From Eledone cirrhosa (lineage: Eukaryota), in contig OZ024745.1 in the NCBI GenBank assembly GCA_964016885.1, positions 11,532,001 to 11,596,000 on the forward strand: a stretch of 64,000 nucleotides of DNA. The letters run 5' to 3'. This document shows, in pieces, positions 23,777 to 39,000 of the stretch (positions are counted from its first letter, which is position 1; every line of letters starts with the position of its first letter). Both the position numbers and the translations under genes were made by a program. The notes beneath the pieces were generated by a model that was not told the origin of the DNA, ran no database searches, and saw nothing but the letters and a program-made list of their open reading frames with translations.

Positions 23777-24637
23777 ATGTATCAATACTATATATCATTT
23801 CACACCTTTTATTATTAAGGTTTTTGATGTTCTATTGAGAGAATCGTTTTTACTGAAAATATCGAATAATGTACACCATTTCACCAGTATCACAAAAATA
23901 CTGGTCCACCCACACACACACACACACATTCTCACACACACACATATATATACACACACACACACACACACTTGTCTTAATAGGCATTTGAACTGTCAAC
24001 AGGCTGCGGTTCGCACACACATCCCTGCTGACCATTATCACAACAACGAACCTCTTTACTACTACTACACACACACACACACATATTTGTTTTGAAAGAC
24101 TTATTTTTCAGTGATTTCTCAATCAGCCGACACAAACCTACATTTGGCGCAAAATCAATTTTTAACATTCACATGACCTCTACCGACCAATCAAAATTGT
24201 TTTGACCACAAGAATTTTTGCAACACGAATTGGCGCGAAACTTATTTTAATACCTCTGGAGCCACTTTTTTCACATAAAAACAGGTAGAATTTCCAAAAC
24301 TAATCAGATTAGAGCAAACATCACGGACGCTCTATCTCAAAATTATTTTTGAAAAGCATTAGGTAAAACTTAAAACCAAAACTGAATACTAACCAATACT
24401 ATTACTAATTTTCACTTATTCATAATTAAACTATTTTTCACTGTGAACAATTTGTCAGCATTTTCTTTTCCGTTTACCAATATATATACGTGTATATATA
24501 TATATAGATATATATATGTATATATATGTGTGTGTGTATCTATATGTGTGTGTATATCTATGTATATATATATATGTGTATATGTATGTGTATGTGTATA
24601 TATATATATATGTGTGTGTATGTGTATATGTATATAT

Positions 24638-24689
24638 ATTGTTATACTTTGGGAACATGACCCTCCCAAAGTATAACAATATCGGTTTC

Positions 24690-24696
<7 letters not shown>
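24638..24696. mobile_element. Miniature fold-back of the pLTR terminus shared with the 42217-44060 and 55320-56437 elements
   Basis: ATTGTTATACTTTGGGA-acatgaccc-TCCCAAAGTATAACAAT-ATCGGTTTCAACAC. Confidence 0.8.
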
Positions 24697-24761
<65 letters not shown>

Positions 24762-24795
24762 TATTGAAGTTTGCTTGAAGCATTGTGGAATAATA

Positions 24796-25044
24796 GGTAA
24801 ATATCTTTAAGTCGTTTGGAAGCCTCGACAATGCAAATGGGTAAATCTCCGGGTAACTCTCTCTCGTGTTCTTATTTTTATTTTATCCTTTATACTCTTT
24901 CCTTCATTCTTCTACACGTCTTATACACACGTCGCATCTCAACGTACACCCACTTACATCTCTCTCTCCACCACCGGATCTTGTTACCCGGAGATTTACC
25001 CATTTGCATTGTCGAGTCTTCCAAACGACTTAAAGATATTTACC
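24796..25044. repeat. Inverted repeat, ~62-nt arms, in (TA)n
   Basis: GGTAAATATCTTTAAGTCGTTTGGAAG...CTCCGGGTAAC pairs with 24983-25044 with one visible mismatch. Confidence 0.88.
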
Positions 25045-25302
25045 CATTTATATATATATATGTATATATATGTATATATATGTATATATAATAAGTTTAG
25101 ATGATGGAGTAGATTCCTGCGATCATTACTTTCCAATTGTTTCAGTGCAGCATTGGAATGATAAGCCAGGATGATAAAGTGAAATCAAGAGTAATAAACT
25201 ATATATTCACTATATAACTATATATGGTATGATTGCAGGGTATGTTTCAGGTCTGTTGATGATTGTCATACGTATATGTGTACTGGTGTGTACATATGTG
25301 GC

Positions 25303-25367
<65 letters not shown>

Positions 25368-25510
25368 TTATGTATATATGTATATGTATGATATGTATAT
25401 GTATATGTATATATGCATGGGTGTATATATATATATACTACATATATATATATATATATATGTATACGTATATATATATGTACATATGTATGCATATGTG
25501 TGTGTATAAG

Positions 25511-25549
<39 letters not shown>

Positions 25550-25574
25550 ATACGTTAATGTGGGTGCGCATGCT

Positions 25575-25633
<59 letters not shown>

Positions 25634-26084
25634 ACACGTACACACACACATACGTATGAGCATGATCGACTTGAGAGACGTGAAACGCCTACGGAGAGTT
25701 TCGAGGAAGAAACGATACATTATAAAGTCTAGTGATAACATTAATGACCATTATAACTTGTAGTTGTGTTTGATGTGATGTTACGCTTCGACATTTCTTA
25801 ATATCTTCCTGAAATTACCTTTCTGCAGAACGTTAAACGGGTAGAGATAAAGTAACCTATTGATAGGACGCTGCTCTCTTGTAGTTTCGTTTTCCCACCA
25901 AACTTTAAAAAATTAATATCGACAGCCAGACACCAATACAGCCCGTGTTTACACAGTGAAATCCTGTGGAGGAATTTAAACACAATTATAGGCTTCTCTA
26001 ATGCATTAATTACTCGGCTGTTTCGTCTCAATTTAGAAGTAAAATTTGTAGGTGTAGTGATTATTGTTGTTGATGTTTCTAGCA

Positions 26085-26400
26085 TCGGCACAAGGCCAGC
26101 AATTGGCGGGAAGGGGGATGTTGATTATATTGAACCCCATTATTTAACTGTTACTTTAATTTATCGACAATAAAGAAGAATAAAAGGTAAAGTTGACCTC
26201 GGCGGGATCTGAACGCTGAACTTATTGAGTCGGCGCTAAGTTGAGCTCAAGTTGAGCCGCAAGTATTTGGACCGACGCTCTAATCATTCTTCTTTTTCTT
26301 TTTCTTGTGGTTAGTGCATTGGACTCATGAAGATAAGGGAGTGGGTTCGACTCCTGGACAGCGGTGTGTTGTGTTTTTAAGCAAGTAACATCACATCACG
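26085..26400. mobile_element. Diverged SINEs: dominant family (-) at 26085-26285 and CORE-like head (+) at 26307-26400
   Basis: AAAGTTGACCTCGGCGGGATCTGAAC; GTGGTTAGTGCATTGGACTC..GGTTCGACTCC. Confidence 0.7.
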
Positions 26401-26589
26401 GTTTTTATGATAAGGGGCTGCGGATCTTCTATAATGTAAACACTCAAGAAACCTCCTCTGAGATGAAACCTGAGAGGAGGATAGCTACACCAGCACAGGT
26501 GTGAGCTGCACATTTACTGAGGGCTGCTGTGCTAAACTATTCTCTATTGAAATGAAAATTGCTGATAAACAGTGAGAGTGTAAAACATG

Positions 26590-28395
26590 ATAATGGTGGT
26601 AGTGGTGGTGGTGGTTGCAGTGATCGTAGTGGTGGTGGTGGTGATGGTGGTAGTGGTAGTAGTGATGGTGGTAGTGGTAGTGTTGGTGGTGATGATGGTG
26701 GTGGTAGTGATGGTGGTAGTGGTAGTGTTGGTGGTGATGATGGTGGTGGTAGTGATGGTGGTAGTGGTAGTGATGGTGGTAGTGGTAGTGATGGTGGTGA
26801 TGATGGTGGTGGTAGTGATAGTGGTAGTGATGGTGGTGGTGGTGGTGGTGGTGGTGATGATGGTGGTGGTAGTGATGGTGGTAGTGGTAGTGATGGTGGT
26901 GATAGTGGTAGTGATGGTGGTGGTGGTTGTGGTGGTGATGATGGTGGTGGTAGTGATGGTGGTAGTGGTGGTGATGATGGTGGTGGTAGTGATGGTGGTG
27001 ATGATGGTGGTGGTAGTGATAGTGGTAGTGATGGTGGTGGTGGTGGTGGTGGTGGTAGTGTTGGTGGTGATGATGGTGGTGGTAGTGATGGTGGTAGTGA
27101 TGGTGGTGTTGATGGTGGTGGTAGTGATGGTGGTAGTGGTAGTGATGGTGGTGATGATGGTGGTGGTAGTGATGGTGGTAGTGGTAGTGTTGGTGGTGGT
27201 AGTGTTGGTGTGATAATGGTGGTGGTAGTGATGGTGGTAGTGATGGTAGTGATGGTGGTGATGGTGGTAGTGATGGTGGTGATGGTGGTGGTGGTGGTAG
27301 TGTTGGTGGTGATGATGGTGGTGGTAGTGTTGGTGGTGATGATGAAGGTGGTAGTGTTGGTGGTGATGATGGTGGTGGTAGTGATGGTGGTAGTGATGGT
27401 GGTGATGGTGGTGGTGGTGGTAGTGTTGGTGGTGATGATGATGGTGGTAGTGATGGTGGTAGTGGTAGTGATGGTGGTGATGATGGTGGTGGTAGTGTTG
27501 GTGGTGATGATGGTGGTGGTAGTGATGGTGGTAGTGGTAGTGTTGGTGGTAGTGATGGTGGTAGTGGTGGTGGTAGTAGTGGTGGTGGTGATGATGGTGG
27601 TGGTAGTGATGGTGGTAGTGGTAGTGTTGGTGGTAGTGATGGTGGTAGTGGTGGTGGTGGTAGTAGCAGAATATATTGGTTGAGGGTCATGTTGATCCGA
27701 TGGTGGTGATAACAATGGTATTCTGATGGTAAAGATTGTATAATAGTAGTGAAAACCGGATTGTAATGGGGGTCTCATGGTGATGGTAGTGGTGGTGGCG
27801 GTGACGATGTTGATGATGGCGGTGATGATGATGCTGATGGTAGATGATGGTGATGGTAGTGGTGGTGGCGGTGACGATGTTGATGATGGTGGTGATGATG
27901 ATGGCCTAATGGTAGTGGTGTGGGTGATGGTGGTGATGGTAGTGGTAGGGATGGTAGTGGTGGTAGGGATGAGGAGGGCATCATGGCAGTGATTCCAGTG
28001 ATAAATCTGATGGTAGTAAAGATAATGAGGATTTGAGGCTTCACATTGGATGGTGATTATTTGTAATGATAGTAATGGGGGTGGTGGTGGTGGTGGTGGT
28101 AGGGGGTAGGCGTGGTGGTGGTGGGGGTGATGGTGGTGGTGGTGTTTGTGGTGGTAGTGGTGGTGGTGGTGGTGGCGGTGGTGTTCGTGGTGGTTGTGGT
28201 GGTGGTGGTGGGGGGGGGGGGGGGGGGGGGGGTAGTGGTGGTGGGGGGGGGGGGGGGGGGGGTTAGTGGTAGTGATGGTGGTAGTGGTAGTACTGGTTGG
28301 AGTGATAGTGGAGGTGGTGGTGGTAGTGATGGTATTGCTGGTAGTGGTGATCATTTTTGGAGCGGTGGTGGTGGTAGTGGTGGTTGGGGTGAGGT
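26590..28395. repeat. Compound (GGT/GAT/AGT)n low-complexity tract
   Basis: Direct reading; explains the poly-G/V/H/T/P ORFs. Confidence 0.95.
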
Positions 28396-28427
28396 GGTGA
28401 TCTATTATTCAATCAAGGTTCTGGAGG

Positions 28428-31400
28428 TAGTTATATATTACCTTATATAGTCAGTAGTTATATATTACCTTATATAGACAGTAGTTATATATTACCTTAT
28501 ATAGTCAGTAGTTATATATTTCCTTATATAGCCAGTAGTTATATATTACCTTATATAGTCAGTAGTTATATATTACCTTATATAGCCAGTAGTTATATAT
28601 TACCTTATATAGACAGTAGTTATATATTACCTTATATAGTCAGTAGTTATATATTACCTTATATAGCCAGTAGTTATATATTACCTTATATAGACAGTAG
28701 TTATATATTACCTTATATAGTCAGTAGTTATATATTTCCTTATATAGCCAGTAGTTATATATTACCTTATATAGCCAGTAGTTATATATTTCCTTATATA
28801 GTCAGTAGTTATATATTACCTTATATAGTCAGTAGTTATATATTACCTTATATAGTCAGTAGTTATATATTACCTTATATAGCCAGTAGTTATATATTAC
28901 CTTATATAGTCAGTAGTTATATATTTCCTTATATAGTCAGTAGTTATATATTTCCTTATATAGTCAGTAGTTATATATTACCTTATATAGTCAGTAGTTA
29001 TATATTACCTTATATAGCCAGTAGTTATATATTACCTTATATAGTCAGTAGTTATATATTTCCTTATATAGTCAGTAGTTATATATTACCTTATATAGTC
29101 AGTAGTTATATATTACCTTATATAGTCAGTAGTTATATATTTCCTTATATAGTCAGTAGTTATATATTACCTTATATAGTCAGTAGTTATATATTACCTT
29201 ATATAGCCAGTAGTTATATATTACCTTATATAGTCAGTAGTTATATATTTCCTTATATAGTCAGTAGTTATATATTACCTTATATAGTCAGTAGTTATAT
29301 ATTACCTTATATAGCCAGTAGTTATATATTACCTTATATAGTCAGTAGTTATATATTTCCTTATATAGTCAGTAGTTATATATTACCTTATATAGTCAGT
29401 AGTTATATATTACCTTATATAGTCAGTAGTTATATATTTCCTTATATAGTCAGTAGTTATATATTACCTTATATAGTCAGTAGTTATATATTACCTTATA
29501 TAGCCAGTAGTTATATATTACCTTATATAGTCAGTAGTTATATATTTCCTTATATAGTCAGTAGTTATATATTTCCTTATATAGTCAGTAGTTATATATT
29601 ACCTTATATAGTCAGTAGTTATATATTACCTTATATAGCCAGTAGTTATATATTACCTTATATAGTCAGTAGTTATATATTTCCTTATATAGTCAGTAGT
29701 TATATATTACCTTATATAGTCAGTAGTTATATATTTCCTTATATAGTCAGTAGTTATATATTACCTTATATAGTCAGTAGTTATATATTACCTTATATAG
29801 CCAGTAGTTCTATATTACCTTATATAGCCAGTAGTTATATATTACCTTATATAGCCAGTAGCTATATATTTCCTTATATAGTCAGTAGTTATATATTACC
29901 TTATATAGCCAGTAGTTCTATATTACCTTATATAGCCAGTAGTTATATATTACCTTATATAGCCAGTAGTTATATATTACCTTATATAGCCAGTAGTTAT
30001 ATATTACCTTATATAGCCAGTAGTTATATATTACCTTATATAGCCAGTAGTTATATATTACCTTATATAGCCAGTAGTTATATATTACCTTATATAGCCA
30101 GTAGTTATATATTACCTTATATAGCCAGTAGTTATATATTACCTTATATAGCCAGTAGTTATATATTACCATATATAGCCAGTAGTTATATATTACCTTA
30201 TATAGCCATTAGTTATATATTATATTATATAGCCAGTAGTTATATATTACCTTATATAGACAGTAGTTATATATTACCTTATATAGCCAGTAGTTATATA
30301 GTACCTTATATAGACAGTAGTTATATAGTACCTTATATAGACAGTAGTTATATATTACCTTATATAGCCAGTAGTTATATATTACCTTATATAGCCAGTA
30401 GTTATATATTACCTTATATAGCCAGTAGTTATATATTACCTTATATAGCCAGTAGTTATATATTACCTTATATAGCCAGTAGTTATATATTACCTTATAT
30501 AGCCAGTAGTTAATTATTACCTTATATAGCCAGTAGTTATATATTACCTTATATAGCCAGTAGTTATATATTACCTTATATAGCCAGTATCTATATATTA
30601 CCATATATAGCCAGTAGTTATATATTACCTTATATAGCCATTAGTTATATATTATATTATATAGCCAGTAGTTATATATTACCTTATATAGCCAGTAGTT
30701 ATATATTATATTATATAGCCAGTAGTTATATATTACCTTATATAGTCAGTAGTTATATATTTCCTTATATAGTCAGTAGTTATATATTACCTTATATAGC
30801 CAGTAGTTATTTAGTACGTTATATAGACAGTAGTTATATAGTACCTTATATAGACAGTAGTTATATATTACCTTATATAGCCAGTAGTTATATATTTCCT
30901 TATATAGTCAGTAGTTATATATTTCCTTATATAGTCAGTAGTTATATATTACCTTATATAGTCAGTAGTTATATATTTCCTTATATAGCCAGTAGTTATA
31001 TATTACCTTATATAGCCAGTAGTTATATATTACTTTATATAGCCAGTAGTTATATATTACCTTATATAGCCAGTAGTTATATATTACCTTATATAGCCAG
31101 TAGTTATATAGTACCTTATATAGAGAGTAGTTATATAGTACCTTATATAGTCAGTAGTTATATATTTCCTTATATAGTCAGTAGTTATATATTACCTTAT
31201 ATAGCCAGTAGTTATATATTACCTTATATAGCCAGTAGTTATATATTACTTTATATAGCCAGTAGTTATATATTACCTTATATAGCCAGTAGTTATATAT
31301 TACCTTATATAGCCAGTAGTTATATATTACCTTATATAGCCAGTAGTTATATATTACCTTATATAGCCAGTAGTTATATATTACCTTATATAGACAGTAG

Positions 31401-32578
31401 CTATATATTACCTTATATAGACAGTAGTTATATATTACCTTATATAGCCAGTATCTATATATTACCTTATATAGTCAGTAGTTATATATTACCTTATATA
31501 GTCAGTAGTTATATATTTCCTTATATTCAGTAGTTATATATTACCTTATATAGAAAGTAGTTATATATTACCTTATATAGCCAGTAGTTATATATTACTT
31601 TATATAGCCAGTAGTTATATATTACCTTATATAGCCAGTAGTTATATATTACTTTATATAGCCAGTAGCTATATATTTCCTTATATAGTCAGTAGTTATA
31701 TATTACCTTATATAGCCAGTAGTTATATATTACCTTATATAGCCAGTAGTTATATATTACCTTATATAGCCAGTAGTTATATATTACCTTATATAGCCAA
31801 TATCTAAATATTACCTTATATAGCCAGTAGTTATATATCACCTTATATGGCCAGTAGTTATATATTATATTATATAGCCAGTAGTTATATATTACCTTAT
31901 ATAGCCAATATCTAAATATTACCTTATATAGCCAGTAGTTATATATTACCTTATATAGCCAGTAGTTATATATTATATTATATAGCCAGTAGTCATATAT
32001 TACCTTATATAGCCAGTAGTTATATATTACCTTATATAGCCAGTATCTATATATTACCATATATAGCCAGTAGTTATATATTACCTTATATAGCCAGTAG
32101 TTATATATTACATTATATAGCCAGTAGTTATATATTACCTTATATAGCCAGTAGTTATATAGTACCTTATATAGCCAGTAGCTATATATTACCTTATATA
32201 GCCAGTAGTTATATAGTACCTTATATAGCCAGTAGTTATATATTACCTTATATAGCCAGTAGTTATATATTATATTATATAGCCAGTAGTTATATAGTAC
32301 CTTATATAGCCAGTAGTTATATAGTACTTTATATAGCGAGTAGTTATATATTATATTATATAGCCAGTAATTATATATTATATTATATAGCCAGTAGTTA
32401 TATATTACCTTATATAGCCAGTAGCTATATATTACCTTATATAGCCAGTAGTTATATATTACTTTATATAGCCAGTAGTTATATATTACCTTATATAGCC
32501 AGTATTTATATATTATATTATATAGCCAGTAGTTATATAGTACCTTATATAGCCAGTAGTTATATAGTACTTGATATA
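28428..32578. repeat. 27-bp minisatellite, about 150 copies
   Basis: Unit TAGTTATATATTACCTTATATAGCCAG with GTC/GAC and TTCC variants. Confidence 0.97.
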
Positions 32579-32910
32579 GACAACATACCAACGTGGTTAT
32601 ATGTCTTTTCTATTGACTTGCAAGCCGAAAACATTCACACTTAAAATACAGTCTTCCTCATTTTAAAGACAATACGAAATTACTTTCTATCCTTTGAAGG
32701 CTTGGCTGTTATATTAGGTTCCTGTTATAATGAAACTATTGTATAACTAACTAATATTGTATAACTAACTAATATTAAATAATTAACTAATATTGAATAA
32801 TTAACTTATGGCATGTTAGATTGTATTGAGTTGAAATATTTCTACATGTGACAAGTTACCATCAGATTAACTTACCATCAGATTAACTTACCATCAGATT
32901 AACTTAACAT

Positions 32911-33470
32911 TCTGGCTGAGGAGGGCAAATCCTCCAAGTATCGGTCGCTCTCCGACAGGTTTGCGGTCGTGCCCCTAGCAGTGGAGACTTCTCGTGTCCT
33001 TGGGCCTAAGGCTACCACCCTACTTACCACCATAGGCGCTGAGCTGTCTAGTCGAAGGTTTGGGCCTTGCGAGATGGAATGGTTCTTCCAGTCCATCTCC
33101 CTTACCATCCTCCGGAGAAACGCCTTCTCCATTCTGTCCGCTGGAACTGTGGGGAGGCCAGCACGTGGGACCCCATTGGCTCATAATACAGAGAGCTGGG
33201 GAGGGCGAGAGAGATGGAGGTGATGACAGTGGGAGTTCGGCTCTTCCCTGCTCGGACACATCAATTCTATGTTGCTGTTGATAATTACAGACAGGTCCTT
33301 AATTGAGGCAGCGGAAGGCATCAGTATTCATTCGAATTGAGAAGCCGCTGCTTCAACTAAGTTTAGATGAAAAGGTCAGGAGTTGAAATAGACAATGTTT
33401 CTTCCTAACACCAGGAATATAATAAAAGAATCAATACAGTTGACTATCTCTCAAAATAAAGAAAATTGGA
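32911..33470 (+). mobile_element. 3' fragment of a restriction-like-endonuclease non-LTR retrotransposon (CRE-like)
   Basis: AEEGKSSKY..FAVVPLAVETSRVLG..WFFQSISLTILRRNA fits the RLE C-terminal pattern AE..K..KY..P.A.ET.G..G..Q..S....RGNA; AATAAA near 33456. Confidence 0.75.
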
Positions 33471-34935
33471 AACTTAACATAGGTTAACTTAAGATTGGTT
33501 AACTTAACATAGATTAACTTAACATAGGTTAACTTAACATTGGTTAACTTAACATAGGTTAACTTAACATAGGTTAACTTAACATAGGTTAACTTAAGAT
33601 TGGTTAACTTAACATAGATTAACTTAACATAGGTTAACTTAACATTGATTAACGTAACATTGATTAACTTAACATAGATTAACGTAAGATTGATTAAAGT
33701 AACATTGATTAACGTATCATTGGTTAACTTAACATAGATTAGCGTAACATTGGTTAACTTAACATAGGTTAACTTAACATAGATTAACTTAAAATAGATT
33801 AACGTAACATTGATTAACGTATCATTGGTTAACTTAACATAGATTAGCGTAACATTGGTTAACTTAACATAGGTTAACTTAACATAGGTTAACTTAACAT
33901 TGGTTAACTTAACATTGGTTAACTTAACATAGGTTAACTTAACATTGGTTAACTTAACATAGGTTAACTTAACATTGGTTAACTTAACATAGGTTAACGT
34001 AACATTGATTAACGTATCATTGGTTAACTTAACATAGGTTAACTTAACATTGGTTAACTTAACATAGGTTAACTTAACATAGGTTAACGTAACATTGATT
34101 AACGTATCATTGGTTAACTTAACATAGATTAACGTAACATTGGTTAACTGAACATTGGTTAACTTAACATAGGTTAACTTAACATTGGTTAACTTAACGT
34201 AGATTAACGTAACATTGATTAACGTATCATTGGTTAACTTAACATTGGTTAACTTAACATAGGTTAACTTAAGATTGGTTAACTTAACATAGATTAACTT
34301 AACATAGGTTAACTTAACATTGATTAACGTAACATTGATTAACTTAACATAGATTAACGTAAGATTGATTAACGTAACATTGATTAACGTATCATTGGTT
34401 AACTTAACATAGATTAGCGTAACATTGGTTAATTTAACATAGGTTAACTTAACATAGATTAACTTAAAATAGATTAACGTAACATTGATTAACGTATCAT
34501 TGGTTAACTTAACATAGATTAGCGTAACATTGGTTAACTTAACATAGGTTAACTAAACATAGGTTAACTTAACATTGGTTAACTTAACATTGGTTAACTT
34601 AACATAGGTTAACTTAACATTGGTTAACTTAACATAGGTTAACGTAACATTGATTAACGTATCATTGGTTAACTTAACATAGGTTAACTTAACATTGGTT
34701 AACTTAACATAGGTTAACTTAACATTGGTTAACTTAACATAGGTTAACGTAACATTGATTAACGTATCATTGGTTAACTTAACATAGATTAACGTAACAT
34801 TGGTTAACTGAACATTGGTTAACTTAACATAGGTTAACTTAACATTGGTTAACTTAACGTAGATTAACGTAACATTGATTAACGTATCATTGGTTAACTT
34901 AACATTGGTTAACTTAACGTAGATTAACGTAACAT
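33471..34935. repeat. 15-bp minisatellite, about 97 copies
   Basis: Unit AACTTAACAT(A/T)G(G/A)TT, with longer higher-order blocks. Confidence 0.96.
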
Positions 34936-35381
34936 TACATTAAATTAGTGTAACATTACATTACATTAACTTAACATTACATTAACATTACATTAACATT
35001 ACATTAACATTACATTAATATGTATTTTTCGGTTGTACATGTGACTCAGTGAAGAACTCACACTCTATTTTATGTTAATAGTTCTGGGTTCTTCATCAAT
35101 AGTCAGAATATAAAAGATAATGACGTCATTATTTGCATAAAACATTCTTTAGTAAGTAATCTTCCATTGGTTATTATGAGAACAGGGTATTGTCGTTGTT
35201 GTTGTGAAGACCTGTGATGTAAGACGTTCCGCTGATGAGCACGCCACCCTTCTTTGAGACATTACATATCTAGCATTATCAAACACGTCTTTCCCTTTTC
35301 AAAACAAAACGGAGTCGGTCGAATGGCCACGTCGAGGGCCCCTTATTAGAAAGGTCATGCAATTCATTAGAAAATCTTCCG

Positions 35382-35389
35382 ACTACTAT

Positions 35390-35461
<72 letters not shown>

Positions 35462-35492
35462 GAATATTACTACTACTATGACTACTAGTACT
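35382..35492. repeat. (ACT)n microsatellite
   Basis: Direct reading. Confidence 0.95.
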
Positions 35493-35644
35493 AGCAATTA
35501 CAAGTTAGAACAGGGCGAGCATTCGGTCGAAGTTGACATCATTTTAAGGTAATCACAGGATATCCGATGACAGTTGTCGTCTGCTCTGTGGGATTGTCAC
35601 CAGCCAATGATGATGATGATGAGGCTGAGAATGAGTGTTTGTGA

Positions 35645-35735
35645 CGGCTCTCTGAGTTCAAATCTCACCGGGATCAACTTTGCCTTTCATCCATTCGAAG
35701 TTGATAAAAAAGTACCAGTCAGATACTGGGGTTAA
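35645..35735 (+). mobile_element. SINE fragment (dominant family)
   Basis: CTGAGTTCAAATC..AACTTTGCCTTTCATCC..GATAAAAAAGTACCAG. Confidence 0.75.
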
Positions 35736-36027
35736 TTTATCCTCATATCGGTTTCTCCATTCCATTCTCTTAATCTATAACCTACTCTGGAAGAAATCTG
35801 CTTTATTCAAATGGACTTCATAAGGTTTTAAAATGCCGCCCAAACGCCGCATACCAATATAGCGCTTCTGCAACTCCCTGGGGAGTTACGGGGTCGTACA
35901 TACCTGCTACATGTACGGGGTCATACATACCTGCTACCTGGTAGAGATCTCGTCGTTGATATTGTTTAAAAGTGTGTTTAGTGTTGGTAGTAATGTTGTG
36001 GTAATGGTAAGCTAGTAGTAAGGTGTG

Positions 36028-39000
36028 TTAATGGCAGTGGTGTGTTAGTGGTGCGTTAGTGGTAATGGTAGTGGTGTGTTAGTGGAAATGGTAGTGGTGC
36101 GTTAGTGGTAATGGTAGTGGTGTGTTAGTGGAAATGGTAGTGGTGTGTTAGTGGTAATGGTAGTTGTGTGTTAGTGGTAATTGTAGTTGTGTGTTAGTGG
36201 TAATGGTAGTGGTGTGTTCGTGGTAATGGTAGTGGTGTGTTAGTGGTAATGGTAGTGGTGTGTTCGTGGTAATGGTAGTGGTGTGTAAGTGGAAATGGTA
36301 GTGGTGTGTAAGTGGTAATGGTAGTGGTGTGATAGTGGTAATGGTAGTGGTGTGTTAGTGGTAATGGTAGTGGCGTGTTAGTGGTAATGGTAGTGGTGTG
36401 TTAGTGGTAACGGTAGTTGTGTGTTAGTGGTAATGGTAGTTGTGTGTTAGTGGTAATGGTAGTGGTGTGTTAGTGGTAATGGCAGTGGTGTGTTCGTGGT
36501 AATGGTAGTGGTGTGTTAGTGGAAATGGTAGTGGTGTGTTCGTGGTAATGGTAGTGGTGTGTAAGTGGTAATGGTAGTGGTGTGATAGTGGTAATGGCAG
36601 TGGCGTGTTAGTGGTAATGGTAGTGGTGTGTTAGTGGTAATGGTAGTGGTGTGTTCGTGGTAATGGTAGTGGTGTGTAAGTGGTAATGGTAGTGGTGTGA
36701 CAGTGGTAATGGCAGTGGCGTGTTAGTGGTAACGGTAGTTGTGTGTTAGTGGTAATGGTAGTTGTGTGTTAGTGGTAATGGTAGTGGTGTGTTAGTGGTA
36801 ATGGTAGTGGTGTGTTCGTGGTAATGGTAGTGGTGTGTAAGTGGTAATGGTAGTGGTGTGATAGTGGTAATGGTAGTTGTGTGTTAATGGTAATGGTAGT
36901 GGTGTGTTAGTGGTAATGGTAGTGGTGTGTTAGTGGTAATGGTAGTGGTGTGTTAGTGGTAATGGTAGTTGTGAGTTAGTGGTAATGGCAGTGGCGTGTT
37001 AGTGGTAATGGTAGTGGTGTGTTAGTGGTAATGGTAGTGGTGTGTTAGTGGTAATGGTAGTGGTGTGTTAGTGGTAATGGTAGTGGTGTGTTAGTGGTAA
37101 TGGTAGTTGTGAGTTAGTGGTAATGGCAGTGGCGTGTTAGTGGTAATGGTAGTTGTGTGTTAATGGTAATGGTAGTGGTGTGTTAGTGGTAATGGTAGTG
37201 GTGTGTTAGTGGTAATGGTAGTTGTGAGTTAGTGGTAATGGCAGTGGCGTGTTAGTGGTAATGGTAGTTGTGTGTTAATGGTAATGGTAGTGGTGTGTTA
37301 GTGGTAATGGTAGTGGTGTGTTAGTGGTAATGGTAGTTGTGAGTTAGTGGTAATGGTAGTGGCGTGTTAGTGGTAATGGTAGTTGTGTGTTAGTGGTTAT
37401 GGTAGTGGTGTATTAGTGGTAATGGTAGTTGTGTGTTAGTGGTAATGGTAGTGGTGTGTTAGTGGTAATGGTAGTTGTGTGTTAGTGGTTATGGTAGTGG
37501 TGTGTTAGTGGTAATGGTAGTTGTGTGTTAGTGGTAATGGTAGTGGTGTGTTAGTGGTAATGGTAGTTGTGTGTTAGTGGTTATGGTAGTGGTGTATTAG
37601 TGGTAATGGTAGTTGTGTGTTAGTGGTAGTGGTAGTGGTGTGTTAGTGGTAATGGTAGTTGTGAGTTAGTGGTAATGGTAGTGGCGTGTTAGTGGTAATG
37701 GTAGTTGTGAGTTAGTGGTAATGGTAGTGGCGTGTTAGTGGTAATGGTAGTTGTGTGTTAGTGGTAATGGTAGTTGTGTGTTAGCGGTAATTGTAGTGGT
37801 GTGTTAGTGGTAATGGTAGTGGCGTGTTAGTGGTAATGGTAGTGGTGTGTTAGTGGTAATGGTAGTTGTGTGTTAGTGGTAATGGTAGTTGTGTGTTAGT
37901 GGTAATGGTAGTGGTGTGTTAGTGGTAATGGTAGTTGTGAGTTAGTGGTAATGGTAGTGGCGTGTTAGTGGTAATGGTAGTGGCGTGTTAGTGGTAATGG
38001 TAGTGGTGTGTTAGTGGTAATGGTAGTTGTGTGTTAGTGGTAATGGTAGTTGTGTGTTAGTGGTAATGGTAGTGGTGTGTTAATGGTAATGGTAGTTGTG
38101 TGTTAGAGGTAATGGTAGTGGTGTGTTAGTGGTAATGGTAGTTGTGAGTTAGTGGTAATGGTAGTGGTGTGTTAGTGGTAATGGTAGTTGTGTGTTAGTG
38201 GTAATGGCAGTGGTGTGTTAGTGGTAATGGTAGTGGTGTGTTAGTGGTGTGTTAGTGGTAATGGTAGTTGTGTGTTAGAGGTAATGGTACTTGTGAATTA
38301 GTGGTAATGGTAGTTGTGTGTTAGTGGTAATGGTAGTGGTGTGTTAGTGGTAATGGTAGTGGTGTGTTCGTGGTAATGGTAGTGGTGTGTTAGTGGTAAT
38401 GGTAGTTGTGTGTTAGTGGTTATGGTAGTGGTGTATTAGTGGTAATGGTAGTTGTGTGTTAGCGGTAATGGTAGTGGTGTGTTAGTGGTAATGGTAGTGG
38501 TGTGTTAGTGGTAATGGTAGTTGTGTGTTAGTGGTAATGGTAGTGGTGTGTTAGTGGTAATGGTAGTGGTGTGTTAGTGGTAATGGTAGTGGTGTGTTCG
38601 TGGTAATGGTAGTTGCGTGTTAGTGGTAATGGTAGTGGTGTGTTAGTGGTAATGGTAGTTGTGAGTTAGTGGTAATGGTAGTGGTGTGTTAGTGGTAATG
38701 GTAGTGGTGTGTTAGTGGTAACGGTAGTGGTGTGTTAGTGGTGTGTTAGTGGTAATGGTAGTGGTGTGTTAATGGTAATGGTAGTTGTGTGTTAGAGGTA
38801 ATGGTAGTGGTGTGTTAGTGGTAATGGTAGTTGTGAGTTAGTGGTAATGGTAGTGGTGTGTTAGTGGTAATGGTAGTTGTGTGTTAATGGTAATGGTAGT
38901 GGTGTGTTAGTGGTAATGGCAGTGGTGTGTTAGTGGTAATGGTAGTGGTGTGTTAGTGGTGTGTTAGTGGTAATGGTAGTTGTGTGTTAGAGGTAATGGT

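Noticed and set aside
26485-28450. Long Gly/His/Pro/Thr/Val-rich ORFs on both strands
   Set aside because: Trinucleotide low-complexity tract open in most frames.
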